A stretch of DNA of 64,000 bases. Source: Centroscyllium fabricii. Its lineage: Eukaryota. Location of the stretch: NCBI GenBank assembly GCA_051313645.2, contig JBNRSN020000029.1, forward strand, positions 40,796,001 to 40,860,000, read 5' to 3'. The notes below the pieces were generated by a model, which was not told the DNA's origin, ran no database searches, and saw only the letters and a program-made list of their open reading frames with translations. Shown here one piece after another: positions 39,116 through 50,502 of the stretch (within the stretch, counting starts at the first letter, position 1; every line of letters begins with the position of its first letter). The position numbers and the translations under genes are program-made.

Positions 39116-41105
39116 TATATTTCTAGTGGTCGAAAGGTGTGATACTTAATCCACGATTTTCATTGCCCAAAATTGAGAACAGTGAGTTGTAAGCGATTTG
39201 TGTTCGAAATCTGGAAATTCAAACCAGTGAGTTTGCATAAAAGGCGTCAGTCCGCAATGCTTGTTTCACATCTACGTGCCAATCTGATAATGTGCCCCGA
39301 TGACTATTAAACCGTTGTGGTGCCTATAGCAGGCAGCTGATCTGCAATGCCAGTTTTACATCCAAGCAGCAAGTTGAAAATCTACTCATTGAAAGCAATG
39401 GAAACAAAATTATGCAGGTGCTAAAATGGGCGTGTAACCCCCCTGACAGATTACTGCCCAAGTGGTGAAGGTGAAATTCAACCCCTTTGAGTGAAAACAG
39501 GAATAGATAACTGGATTCACTGCCACTTTCCGTGCTGTGAGCGAAAAAAACCTATGTAATACCTGTTGACAGCTTCTGAACCGTTTCAAAAATCTAGCAT
39601 TTGGCGCAGAACTCGCAAACTCTATCCAAACGATTACTAACAATGGAGGCTGGGGAGAAGGAAGTTTTTGATGTTCTTTGGAAAGTCAATACATATTACT
39701 AAAATGTTAATTTATGTAATGGAAATAAGCTATAAATGCTAAAAGATGACATATTATCAGGTGGTTTAATTGCTACAGTAGCCTCTATTGTACAACTGGA
39801 GTAAATTCCGTCCAGCCAGATTTCCTCCGTTTCAGTCTTTTCAATGAAGCAGACCAATAATGCAAACATAGTTTTGTTAATTTCATATACGGAACATATA
39901 CCATTAACCATTTTGCGTATATTGAGGGTCAAAGAAAAATCCATTCGCTTTTGAGCTGGTGTTTTCTTCTCGTCAAATCAACAATCAAAATCTAAATTCC
40001 CATATCCTAATAAATAAATTGAATGCCTGAATTCTATTAAATACTTTAATAAAGACTAGTAACAATCCATTGCCTTGATCTATAACTATTAATCTCCCTA
40101 CAGTCGGAAATATACAAAACAAAGTAATGCATAGCAGACACATTTTTTAGAAGTAGAAACTACATTAAAACATTTGAAGAAAGAGAAATGACAAATTATG
40201 ATAGAATTCTTTAACTTACTTTGGAGCCTAAAACGGGCGTAGTAAATCGACTGCACATAATTGGAAGAGCCGATTTTAACAACTGGTTGAGGCGCGGTTG
40301 ACAAGTTGAAAATGCATCCCAATAAGCTACATTGTCATGGGTAACAACTTGTTTGAATACCGAACAAATCAATAAAACGGAATGATCTTCTCAGTGTTTT
40401 TACACATTTTAATGTTATTAAGAAAGCAGTAGTTCATTCTTATGACATGTCTCTGTTCCTCCTGGGCAGCACTCAGACAGATGGGATCGTTTGCCTTTCA
40501 AAGAAATGGTTAGCCATTACCTTCACACTAGTATGAGTCCTGCGGTGAAAATGAGAATCTACTGATTGGCTGAGAACTAGATAACTGTATCCTAACAGAG
40601 ATTACTGACGGGAGGGGGGCGAACCTTCCAAATGGATGGAAAATACAAACGGAATAGAGAGAGATTTTGGCAGGGAATCTCTCTGTTCCTCCTGGACCTC
40701 AGAACACTTCATTGCAATTAATTTATGTCAAAGCATGGTTGATGGATCGGTTACATTGTTAAATTTCTGCCTTGTCGTGAAAATTGGTTGTGTGAGGTAA
40801 AATTCAATTTCGACAGAGGCGCCAAATGGTACGTAGCCCAATGGCCATTTGTTATACACCCCGCCCGAATTTCCATTTAAAGCAAAATATAATGACAGCC
40901 GATCCGCTATTCCGTTTGCTTCCCAGTGAAGTTAAACGTCACTGTCCTCCTGAAACACCATTCTATAAGCTACCGGATTGTTATTTCCATTTATCCGCAA
41001 TGCCAGTTTTTACGCTGGTTGCAAGTTGAAAGTTTACCCCAATCATACTTTCAGTCACATATCAGATTTCCCGTGAATTTTGACTTGTTTCCTGTATGCA
41101 ATTAC

Positions 41106-41237
41106 CTTTTGCACTCATGGCTTTGTACTTCGCTTCAACTTCGCCAACGTACATTTGGCTCGAATTGGTTTCTTCAAAGGGCTCTGTTCCAATGATGATG
41201 TACTCATCAACAGGTGCTGCCATTTCAAAATCAACAA
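41106..41237 (-). CDS. 132-nt phase 1-1 exon, VVDFEMAAPVDEYIIIGTEPFEETNSSQMYVGEVEAKYKAMSAK; possible start exon (ATG 41223)
   Basis: ctgttttatccag|...GCAAAAG|gtaatt; only the phase-1 frame is open; ATG in GAAATGG context; joins in frame to 34360. Confidence 0.78.
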
Positions 41238-41277
41238 CTGGATAAAACAGAACGGAAACATTTTTTATCGTGTTATT

Positions 41278-42332
41278 GGCCCAGAAATTACCCTCCGATG
41301 CTTCCCGCGTGCTCCGAACTGCACGTACGGAGCGCACCTGCCCTTGTTCTCTTCTGGATTTGATATCCCGATTTTCTGGCCGCCTCCAGGCTTCAAGCAC
41401 CGTGCTGAGGCAACTCAGCGTCGCTGTTAGTGGGCAAGCTCCGCACGGGACCACGTGGTCCGCGGGAGCCAATCACTATAAGGATCATCCATTCATAACT
41501 TTGACAGAGAGATTGGTCAACGTTAATCATAAAATCATAGAATCCCTGCAGTGCAGATAGAGGCAATTTCGGCACATCGAGCCTGCACTGACATATATCC
41601 CACCCTATCCCCGTAACCCCACATAATTAATGCCCCAAACACTAAGGGTCAATTTATCCTTGCCAATCAACCTAACCCCGCACATCTTTGGACTGTGGGA
41701 GGAAACCGGAGCACCCGGAGGAAACCCACGCAGACATGGGGAGAATGTACAAACTCCACACAGATTTGAAACCAGGCCCCTGGCGCTGAGAGCCAACAGT
41801 GCTAACCACCATGCCACCGTGTTGCCCTGAATTACAGGAGCCCACAAAACATACTAAACAATAAAATTAATTAAACAAAACACCACATTTTTTAATCCTA
41901 CTATTCCTAAAATAAAATACCTTCTTTCAAGAAAAAATTAACATTTAGAATTTTTTTTAAAAAGTGTTTAACTGGCCTAAAAGAATACTTACCTGTCTTT
42001 AAAGTTTAAAAAAATTAAAAACCAGTAAAAAAATACTTACATTCTATAAAATAAAGACTTACCTGCTAAAAACGAGTGGTTACGGCTAATATTTTTAGGC
42101 GTAAAATCTTCAATACATACCCCTAAAAAAACTCGAAACAATCTCGGAAATCCACTGCACACCGCCTGGTGCGCAGGGGAACACGATCCAGCCGGGTGCA
42201 GCTCTCGATCCCCCGCTGGCCATCATCAGAATTACAGGTGGCAGCGGGAAACTGCTGCTACCTGCAATTCGGAGATCGGGTGTGTTAGTACCTGGCTCAA
42301 AAAACTCCCGCGGTCACCCTAATCTTTGGGCG
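41278..42332. mobile_element. GGCCC-family TIR element with an inserted V-SINE (about 41525-41827, minus)
   Basis: TIR start ggcccagaaatt; SINE head in reverse at about 41770-41827. Confidence 0.85.
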
Positions 42333-42528
42333 AACATGATCTGTTTGTTGGAATTTCTCCCTTTCTGCAGAGGCCAATTTCTTCCAATTAGTATTAATGG
42401 ACAAGGAACTTGCAAAGGGAAAAACAGTAAAATGAGGGGATTTTAACTTTTGGCGATAGTAGGTAGCGGATTCGGCCCCATTTACCTTTCGGGGGCAGTT
42501 TAACATTGAGTGATAACAGAATAACAAT

Positions 42529-43290
42529 GGCCCAGAAATAATTGAAGTGGAGCCTTCGTGCGGGTGCAGTACCTGCTTAACGCACTTGAACTGCCCATAA
42601 TCATTTTTGCTTTTTTGCACTCAGAAATTGCAGTTAGCCCAGCCTGTCAGCGCTCCGTGCGAGTTTCATGGGTATCTGAAGGGCGTAATTAGTGCGAGAT
42701 GGCTTTTGAGACCATCTGATTGGCAGGGAGCCAATCAGTGGAACCAATTCTCCGTTCAAAACCTCCACTGAGAAATCTGTGCGAGTTTTGAAAGGAGAGA
42801 TTGCCCAAAAGACATCTAAGCACAAAAATAAAATTTTAGAAACACGACATTTTATTTAGCATTACCCCAACTAACACAAATAACCTATTTTAAAGAAAAA
42901 AATTACAGAAAAATGTTTCAACTTCCAACAGGTCTACAAAACTACTTACCTGTTTTTAAAGTTATCAACAATTCACAACCTGAAAAAACAACAAATAAAA
43001 TCAATAAAATACACACTTACCAGGTAAAAACGGCTACTTACGACTGCTTTTTCCCAGCGTAGAAAATTCTGGTCTTGGTCTGTAGAAAAACTTAAAAAAA
43101 ATATCGGAATGAGTGGACGCTCCCGTAGTTCGATGCTTCCTGCGCTGGACCTCGCAGGAACTCCAACCCCCCTGCTGGCCGGCATAGGAAAACCCGAAGC
43201 TGCGCTACCGGCTGCTTCCTGCGGGTTTATGCTCTGGTGCGCTTGCACCAGAGCTTAAACACGATATTTGCAGACTGCAATTTCTGGCCC
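42529..43290. mobile_element. GGCCC-family TIR element
   Basis: aat|ggcccagaaat ... atttctggccc|aat. Confidence 0.82.
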
Positions 43291-44323
43291 AATATAATAT
43301 TACATTTTGAATGCACAATCGAGTAGGGTGTATTCTGAATGGCAGAGGCCGCCTTTTTTATACTGTCACACAAAGTCAAACTTAACCACAAGAGCTCAGT
43401 TAATTCCAATAAACTAGGTAGATTTAAAATTATGAGGTGGTATGTTAACTCTTGTTAATTGTGCAACACTTTCCGATATCGCTTGTCGTGCAAGAGTTAA
43501 ATTAATCCCCATAGAATTTTAAATTGCTCTTCTCATAACCTTCCTTTTTCGAGTTAAATGAGTTCCTGTGGTTAATTTGGACTTTTTGCGATAGTGTAAA
43601 TTAGACAAATATTGGATCAATCATTTGTTATAGCTTTCTCCCGTTTTTGATTTCCACTGAAGTCAATAGGAATACAAATCAGGAGAGATCTAAAACGGGC
43701 TGCCGATTCGCCAAAATATTACAACTAAGTGATGAGTTATATAAGTTTAGCATTGTTTTATTTGTTTTTTATATTATATTGTCTTATTGATGAAACTTAA
43801 GATCCCATATGCATGTTTTACAATTTTCTGAATTTGCTCAGAATTTTAAAGTCTATTTTTAACTTATCCCCAAACTGTTGCCAGAACTGAATCCAGCATT
43901 AAATAGTTTCGCCTAATCAAAGGGATTTCAGCTTGGTGTAATTACAACAGCGTTTTACATTTTTATGTGCACAACGTTCTTAGGTTCGGATGGTCCAATC
44001 CTATCGGAGGGACTATAATCAAACTAAACTCACACAGCAAACCTGGCTTCATAGAAATGCACCTCATCGTTGTTAGCGAAAGGTAGCATTAACATTGTGA
44101 TATGATTGGCTTTACAATCGGTATGTAGGCGGAACGAGAAATATATGGCGACAGAAGGGGGGCTGAGACTGGAAAGAGCAGAAACAACTTAATATGGTGC
44201 TTCTCAACATTAAAGTTTAGGAGAAAGCTGATTTGATTATTTAAATGAGAGTAGACGTAACTCCGCCATATAGAAACTGTAGATTAGCGAAAATATACAT
44301 AAAGGAGCATTAAATAAACATAC

Positions 44324-44343
44324 CTGAGTTCCTCCAATGATCT
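44324..44343 (-). other. Candidate 20-nt exon (5' UTR or coding) of the microexon gene
   Basis: catttttattcag|AGATCATTGGAGGAACTCAG|gtatgt. Confidence 0.5.
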
Positions 44344-46015
44344 CTGAATAAAAATGTGCGAAAACTGTTTCTTGCTCACTTTTATTCTGAAATATATAAA
44401 AGTGAAACAGATTCCACTCGACTGATTCATCAGCTTAGGACTTCGTGGTGCATCAATATTTTCAAAGGTTAATATAAGTAGATTGTTACTTTCAGGAAGG
44501 AAACGGTTGACTGTATCAAGTTGCAGATGATAACATTCATGGTCACTTCAATTGTGTTGCCACTGGTATAACTGCAGAAATGCTGACACATTTTTGTCCC
44601 CGTCTGTTATCATTTTAAGAAGGCTATCGATGCAGTTTTGATGACACAGAAGTTTAAGTCTGATAATTATATATTTTTTCATTTGCTTGTCGCACAATTT
44701 TCCTTATATACATCGCAATGATTAGTTTACAACTGTAAACACCTCAGGTTAACTATACGTTAAATCTAAATCTGTATCCGATATGAATATTGTTTCCAGG
44801 TCCACAGAGCTATTTTCTCGCACCCGGAGACAGATTTGCCTATCAAATGATAGATTCTTCACCTCCAGCCTCTATAATCTGTATCCACATATGCTGTCTT
44901 GCGTTTCATTACATTTTTGCAGCAACGGCTGATGTATTTTCTTCCACTTGAGATCCAAATTGACATTGCAATTTGGTAGCGCCAATGCATTGCTTGTGGA
45001 CCATATTTCTGGACAAAAACATCATTCAGTTTTAATTTCCAGTTGTTAGAAAGTAATATTTCTCGCCAATCATCTGTCCCATCTATGTAGGAGTTTGCTT
45101 TTTGCCTAGGTCTGTTTGCTGATGTTCCATGCTTATTGCTCATGGACGATTCCAGAGAGTTCACATGGAAAAGGCAATCGACAGCCTGCAGACCTCGGCG
45201 ATTCCCGCATACATACAATTTCAGCTGACACTGAGGTTCCTTCATTGACGTTGTCTAAAATATTCATATAATTTGGAAACATCCTTCAAGGTACAAGATA
45301 GCTAACTCATCATCCACTAGGGATCAATGGGCTTGCATGGCAAACATACTTAACCGTATACTACCGAAACTTAGAGGGAGGATGAGATTTCATTTCCCGT
45401 GTTCTTTATGAGCAGCGAGCGTGTAACTTGTCAGTACATTGTCGTGTCTTTTCATGAAATATATCAAAGAGAAAAGTACAGGATAAATATACCGCATTTG
45501 TGAGTTTTTATCAAAATGTTCAGAACGACACAATTAAGTTAATTTTACTTGCTAGCTGGTAATATTGGCGAATTTGCATGTATGTTGATGAATTTGAAAC
45601 AAAAAATGCAAGTTGCGAAAGACAGATTTCAAAAGGAGCAGAAGATATAAATGGGGAAAACCTGCCATCTGAATTCAGGCTGAACATAATGATCTTCCAA
45701 CAATTCTATATGTTCTAATTGCAACATAGAGCGGAAGATAATAACCATGTAAGCAAACAGGAAGTAATTTTCCTCCAAAATAAGCTGGTAAACAAAACAA
45801 AGACGAAACTGTGTTGGCAATGAACACAATGATTAGGAATGACTCATAAAATGACGATGCAAATCACCAAGAGTAAACCAAACGCTCCATGAAAGTAAAA
45901 TAAAACATTAACCCAGAGCAGTGAATGAACTGGCTGTGGTTTTCCACAAATGTAACTGTTCCATTTTAAAAGGTGCCGGTTTTATACCATAATTTTCAAG
46001 AGAAGACAGCAAAAC

Positions 46016-46617
46016 TGGTTCCGGTTCCGGTTCTGGCAGGACGGCCGCCATCGGGCGGCTGTGCCTCGACTCCTCTTCGATGAGTTAATTCGTTGTGTTC
46101 GACCGCCGTTCGACCGTCGGCGGCGCCGGGTGAGAGCCGGTGGGATGCGGGGCGCAGTTCGGCCCCGGGATGCCGCATCGGTTCGGCCTCGGTCCGGAGT
46201 TCGGACCTCCGGGGCGTCGGGACGGCCTTGGCTTGGCGTTCCGAGGAGTTCGGAGCTCAGGGGAGCTGGGACGGAGCACTCGGAGAGGGCTAGGCTTCAG
46301 GCCTCAGGACGCTGCGCCCGGAGATCGGAGTTCCGTGGATTCGGGGAGTCGGACTGAGAGCGGCCACGCTAGGAACAGTGGCAGAGCGAATTGACTGGGC
46401 GAGAGAGGACAATTTTACCAACGGTTGAGTGGCCAGAGCAGGAACGGGATACTCGATGATGGCGCCGTAATTTGGCTGACGTCTTGCGGGCTCGTTCGCG
46501 CCGGGCAGCTTAAGTGTTGCGCGGTTGTTGTTGTTGCACGGTGTGTCGGGTAGCAGTAAGCATTTCGTTGTATGGTGTTTGTTCGCTGTACAATGACAAA
46601 TAAAATTGAACTTGAAC
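46016..46617 (+). mobile_element. CpG-rich non-coding retroposon-like element with Rex/Babar-type tail
   Basis: GC/CpG-rich body; ends agtaagcatttcgttg...tacaatgacaaataaaattgaacttgaac, resembling the tail at 55814-55871. Confidence 0.6.
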
Positions 46618-46620
46618 AGC

Positions 46621-46767
46621 GGGGCAAAATTGGTCATGGTCGGGAGCGTAAAACGGGTGATTGCTTGTCGACATCCCGTGGTATCTTCCGACAGGTTTTC
46701 ATTTCCACGATAGCTGCCGAATCGTTACTGCCCATTTTGTGCTACCGAACTAGACCAATTTCACCCC
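46621..46767. mobile_element. Short fold-back MITE (similar ones at about 31649-31892, 40794-41040, 58956-59139, 60238-60344)
   Basis: ggggcaaaattggtc ... gaccaatttcacccc, with about 40-bp imperfect TIRs. Confidence 0.7.
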
Positions 46768-46856
46768 CTGTAGTCAGCGCTGTCTGAATTGGTGTTACAA
46801 TCTGAGCAAAGGATCCCTCAAAATCCGACTCTCCAATCAGAGAAACCTCTACTCAC

Positions 46857-46881
46857 CCTGGATGCGACTTGTGTATCTGGT
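46857..46881 (-). other. Candidate 25-nt upstream exon
   Basis: ttttatttttatgtcctag|...CCAGG|gtgagt. Confidence 0.5.
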
Positions 46882-47193
46882 CTAGGACATAAAAATAAAA
46901 GCTAAGAAGATCAAACGGACATAAGAATAACTTAAGTTGAAGCTAGCATCAAATATATGATAGTGCAAGTTAGAGCAAAATCATTAGAAACGAGTATCCG
47001 TGACCTTTGATTCACTAAATTTTGGGCGTGGTTTGCCAATAAAACTCATAAGTCAGCAAGGTCGAACATCGACCTACCATCGGTGCAGAGTAACGATTGT
47101 TCTGGGCGAGGCGGAAGTTGTGATATATAATCGAGCTTAGCTTTACAAGAGGAAGGAGACAAACTGACAGCGTTTAGCCCCCACGTTTGTGCC

Positions 47194-48340
47194 AGAAACA
47201 TAGAAACATAGAAGAAAGGAGCAGGAGCAGGTTATTCGGCCCCTCGAGCATGTTCCACCATTTAATAAGATCATGGCTGATGACCCAAATTCAGTACCCT
47301 GCCCCTGCTTTCTCTCCATATCCCTTGATCCCTTTATCCATTTAGCCTTAAGAAACATATCTAACTCTTTCTTGAATATATTTAATGCATTGGCCACAAC
47401 TACCTACTCTGGTAGATAATTCCACAGGTGCACCTCTCTCTGTGTGAAGAAGTTTCTCCTCATCTCAGTCCTAATTGGCTTACCCCTTATCTTTTGACTG
47501 CGACCCCTGGTTTTGGACTCCCCCACCATCAGGGACATCCTTCCTGCATCTAGTCTGTCTAGTCCTGTTAGAATTTTATAAGTTTCAATGAGACCCCCAC
47601 TCATTCTTCAAAACTCTAGCGAATATAAGCCTATTCGTTCCAATCTCTCTCCGTGTGTCATTCCTGCTATCCCAGGCATCAGTTTGGTGAATCTTCGCTG
47701 CACTCCATGCATGTCAAGAATATGCTTCCTCAGATAGGGCAAACAAAACTGCACACAGTCCTCAAGGTGTGGTCTCACCACGACCCTGTACAAACGCAGC
47801 AAGACATCCTTGCTCCTGTACTCGAATCATGTCGCTATGAAGGCCAGCATACCGTCTGTCTTCTTAACCACCTGCTGCACCTGCATGCTTACCTTCAGCG
47901 ACAGGTGGACAAGGACACCCAGGTTTCGCTGCATTTCCCCTTTTCCCAAACAATTGCCGTTCAGATACTAATCTCTCTTCCTGTTTACGCCACGAAAGTG
48001 GATAAACTCGCATTCATCCACATTATACTGCATGTGCCATGCATCTACCCAATCACCCAACCTGTTCAATTCATACTCGATTGTCTCTGTATCCTCCTCA
48101 AAGCACACACGCCCACCCAGCTTTGTGTCGTCTGTAAACCTGAAGATATTACATCTCGTTCCCTCGTCTAGATCATTTATAAATATTGCGAATAACTGGG
48201 GTCCTAACAGCGATCCCTGCGATACCGCGCTAGTTACTGTCTGCCACTCAGAAAAATATGCATTTATTCCAAATCTTTGCTTCCTGTCTGCCAACCAGTT
48301 GTCTATCCATGTCAGTACCTTAACCCAATCCCATGGGCTT
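47194..48340 (-). mobile_element. CR1 3' fragment
   Basis: QGSLLGPQLF, FTDDTKLGG, ORF2 C-terminus and tail. Confidence 0.92.
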
Positions 48341-49699
48341 TGACTTTGGTTCTAAGATGAAGGGAACAGCAGAAATGGCTCTGCTTGTCGCAAGCTGCTG
48401 TTTAGGTTTACAACAGACTAGGCAGGATATGTGATATTGAGCTAACAGCGAAAGGAAATAGAAATTCAGAAAATTAATTAATAAAAACGGATCTGTGAAG
48501 AATGCTGAAATTGTGAGCCGACTCCTTGACTTATAAAATAAGCACAAAAAAGGAAAGAATGACAATAACTAGTTTGTCTCACGATGCTCGTCTCTAGTGT
48601 ATACTAAATCCCCATTATGTCATGAAGCCTCATTCGTAATTTCACTATGTTCCTATGCTGTGCGGATCTGGTAGATTTTCCAAATGTTGATCCATTAAAT
48701 AAGTTCATCCCTAAATCTAATTTAGAATTCGTTAATTTTAGACTATGTCGACTTGATCCTACGTTCCAGGTTTAAGTTAAAATAACTTGCTGTGTAGAAC
48801 ATGTCTATACGATTTGGTTTATTGTGAATATTTGGTGATCGACATTTGAAAAGGCAAAATTCGCCTTGGGCAGCAAGGCAATGTTTTATTGCATCGGCCA
48901 CCTGTTATCCGCCCCACATGATATTCAGCTTCATTGATTGCAATTGAATATTGTGCCTTGCGTATAACAGGAAGATGTTGAGGTACCACTCATTTTACCC
49001 TACCGCCAAGATAAATTCCTACCCCAAAATGTTGTGTTTTGATCTAATATGTTGTCTAAATGTTCTGCTTCCTTTAGTCCTTCACGTTAAAAGCGATACA
49101 CATTTATCTTTTGCCAGGTACCGAATGCATTTTTTCGTTTTACTTTCTCATAGAAAAGGAGTAAAACCGTATCCTGGTTCATCATGTAATATTTTGAAGA
49201 CGGGATTTATGGGCAAAGTCACAAATTGCCATTAAACAATGCTTCTCATTTATTTTTGAGTGGATATGTCTGCGCTCCATTCTCGAGTGCATATGTGCTT
49301 GTTAATTGTGAATTATACCAGTGTGATTTTTTTTATCGTTGCACGGAGATAAGCCTGGATCCGTGCATATCTACATGTTTCATTCGTAACAAGGAACGGC
49401 AGGCAGGCCAGATGTTACCCGCGATCATTTAGTAGAAAATGTAGAACCAGATTCTTTTGACATTGTTTTGTAATTTCAATTGATAAAACTGCTGTCAAGG
49501 TCACACTGAAGTCCACTATGTTTTATCTTCGGGGGTAACTGTTAAACTGTTGCATTCATTATCAATCTATTGGAATGCACTTTTATCTGCCCGCTGTGAA
49601 CACACATTGAGTCATTACGTTTCGCAGATGTTCTTTCCTCTCTTGAAATGGAACGCTGTTCTGAATATCTAATGGCATGCCTCCAAAGTTGGTCGTTAT

Positions 49700-50378
49700 T
49701 CATTTGTGACCTGTGAAAGTGAACGTCAACAGGCTTTTTGACGTAACATCGCCCGATTTTGCCTCAGTTCGTCTGCTGCTGATATGCTCATCTTTTGGCT
49801 CCTTGACAATTCCAACGCTCTCCACGCCGCCCTTGCACGTTCAACCCTTTGCAAACTTTAGGTCATCGAAAACTCTACTGACCCTGCCCTAACTCGCAAA
49901 AAATCCCGTTCACCCATCACCCCTGATCTACATTGCTCGCTGGCCAATATCGGCTCGCAGGTAAACAACTCCTCGATTTTAACATTCTCATCCTTATTTT
50001 CAAATCCCTCCATGGCATCGCCCTTCCCTATCACTGTAATCTCTTCCAGCCCTATAACCATCCGTGATATCTGAACTCCTCCAGTTCTGGCCTTTTGAGC
50101 ATTTCCGATTGTAATCACTCCACCATTGGTGACCATGCCTTCTGTTGCTTCAGCACGAAGCGCTGGAATTCCCTCCCTAAACTGTATCGCCTCCCTTCTT
50201 CTCTGTCCTCCGTTAAGACGGTTCTTTTAAGACGTACCTGTTTGACCAAACCTATGGTCATCCGTCCTAATACCTTCTCATATGGCTCGGTGTACATTTC
50301 TGTTTAATAACTCTCCTGTGAAGCGCCTTTGGACGTTTTGCTACTTTAAAGGAGCTATATAAATTGAAGTATTTGTTG
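49700..50378 (+). mobile_element. L2 LINE 3' fragment
   Basis: Decayed ORF2 C-terminus (cccatcacccctg, GDHAF...WNSLP) and L2-type tail. Confidence 0.75.
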
Positions 50379-50502
50379 AAGGAGGTCTTGTGTTCACGTC
50401 AGACGGGCGACTAGTTTGTAGCAGCGACCACTAGCTAGTATATTCAGCAATACTCACTTATTTTCGCTCACTTAATTTGGGTGCACGGAAGCAATTTATA
50501 AT

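Noticed and set aside
44875-45010. TNFR-like CNETQDSICG or pyrin-like VQKYGPQA words
   Set aside because: Isolated motifs in different frames without the rest of either domain.
46040-46100. HDV-like ribozyme at the element's 5' end
   Set aside because: Only a simple hairpin (ggccgcc/ggcggct); no nested double pseudoknot found.
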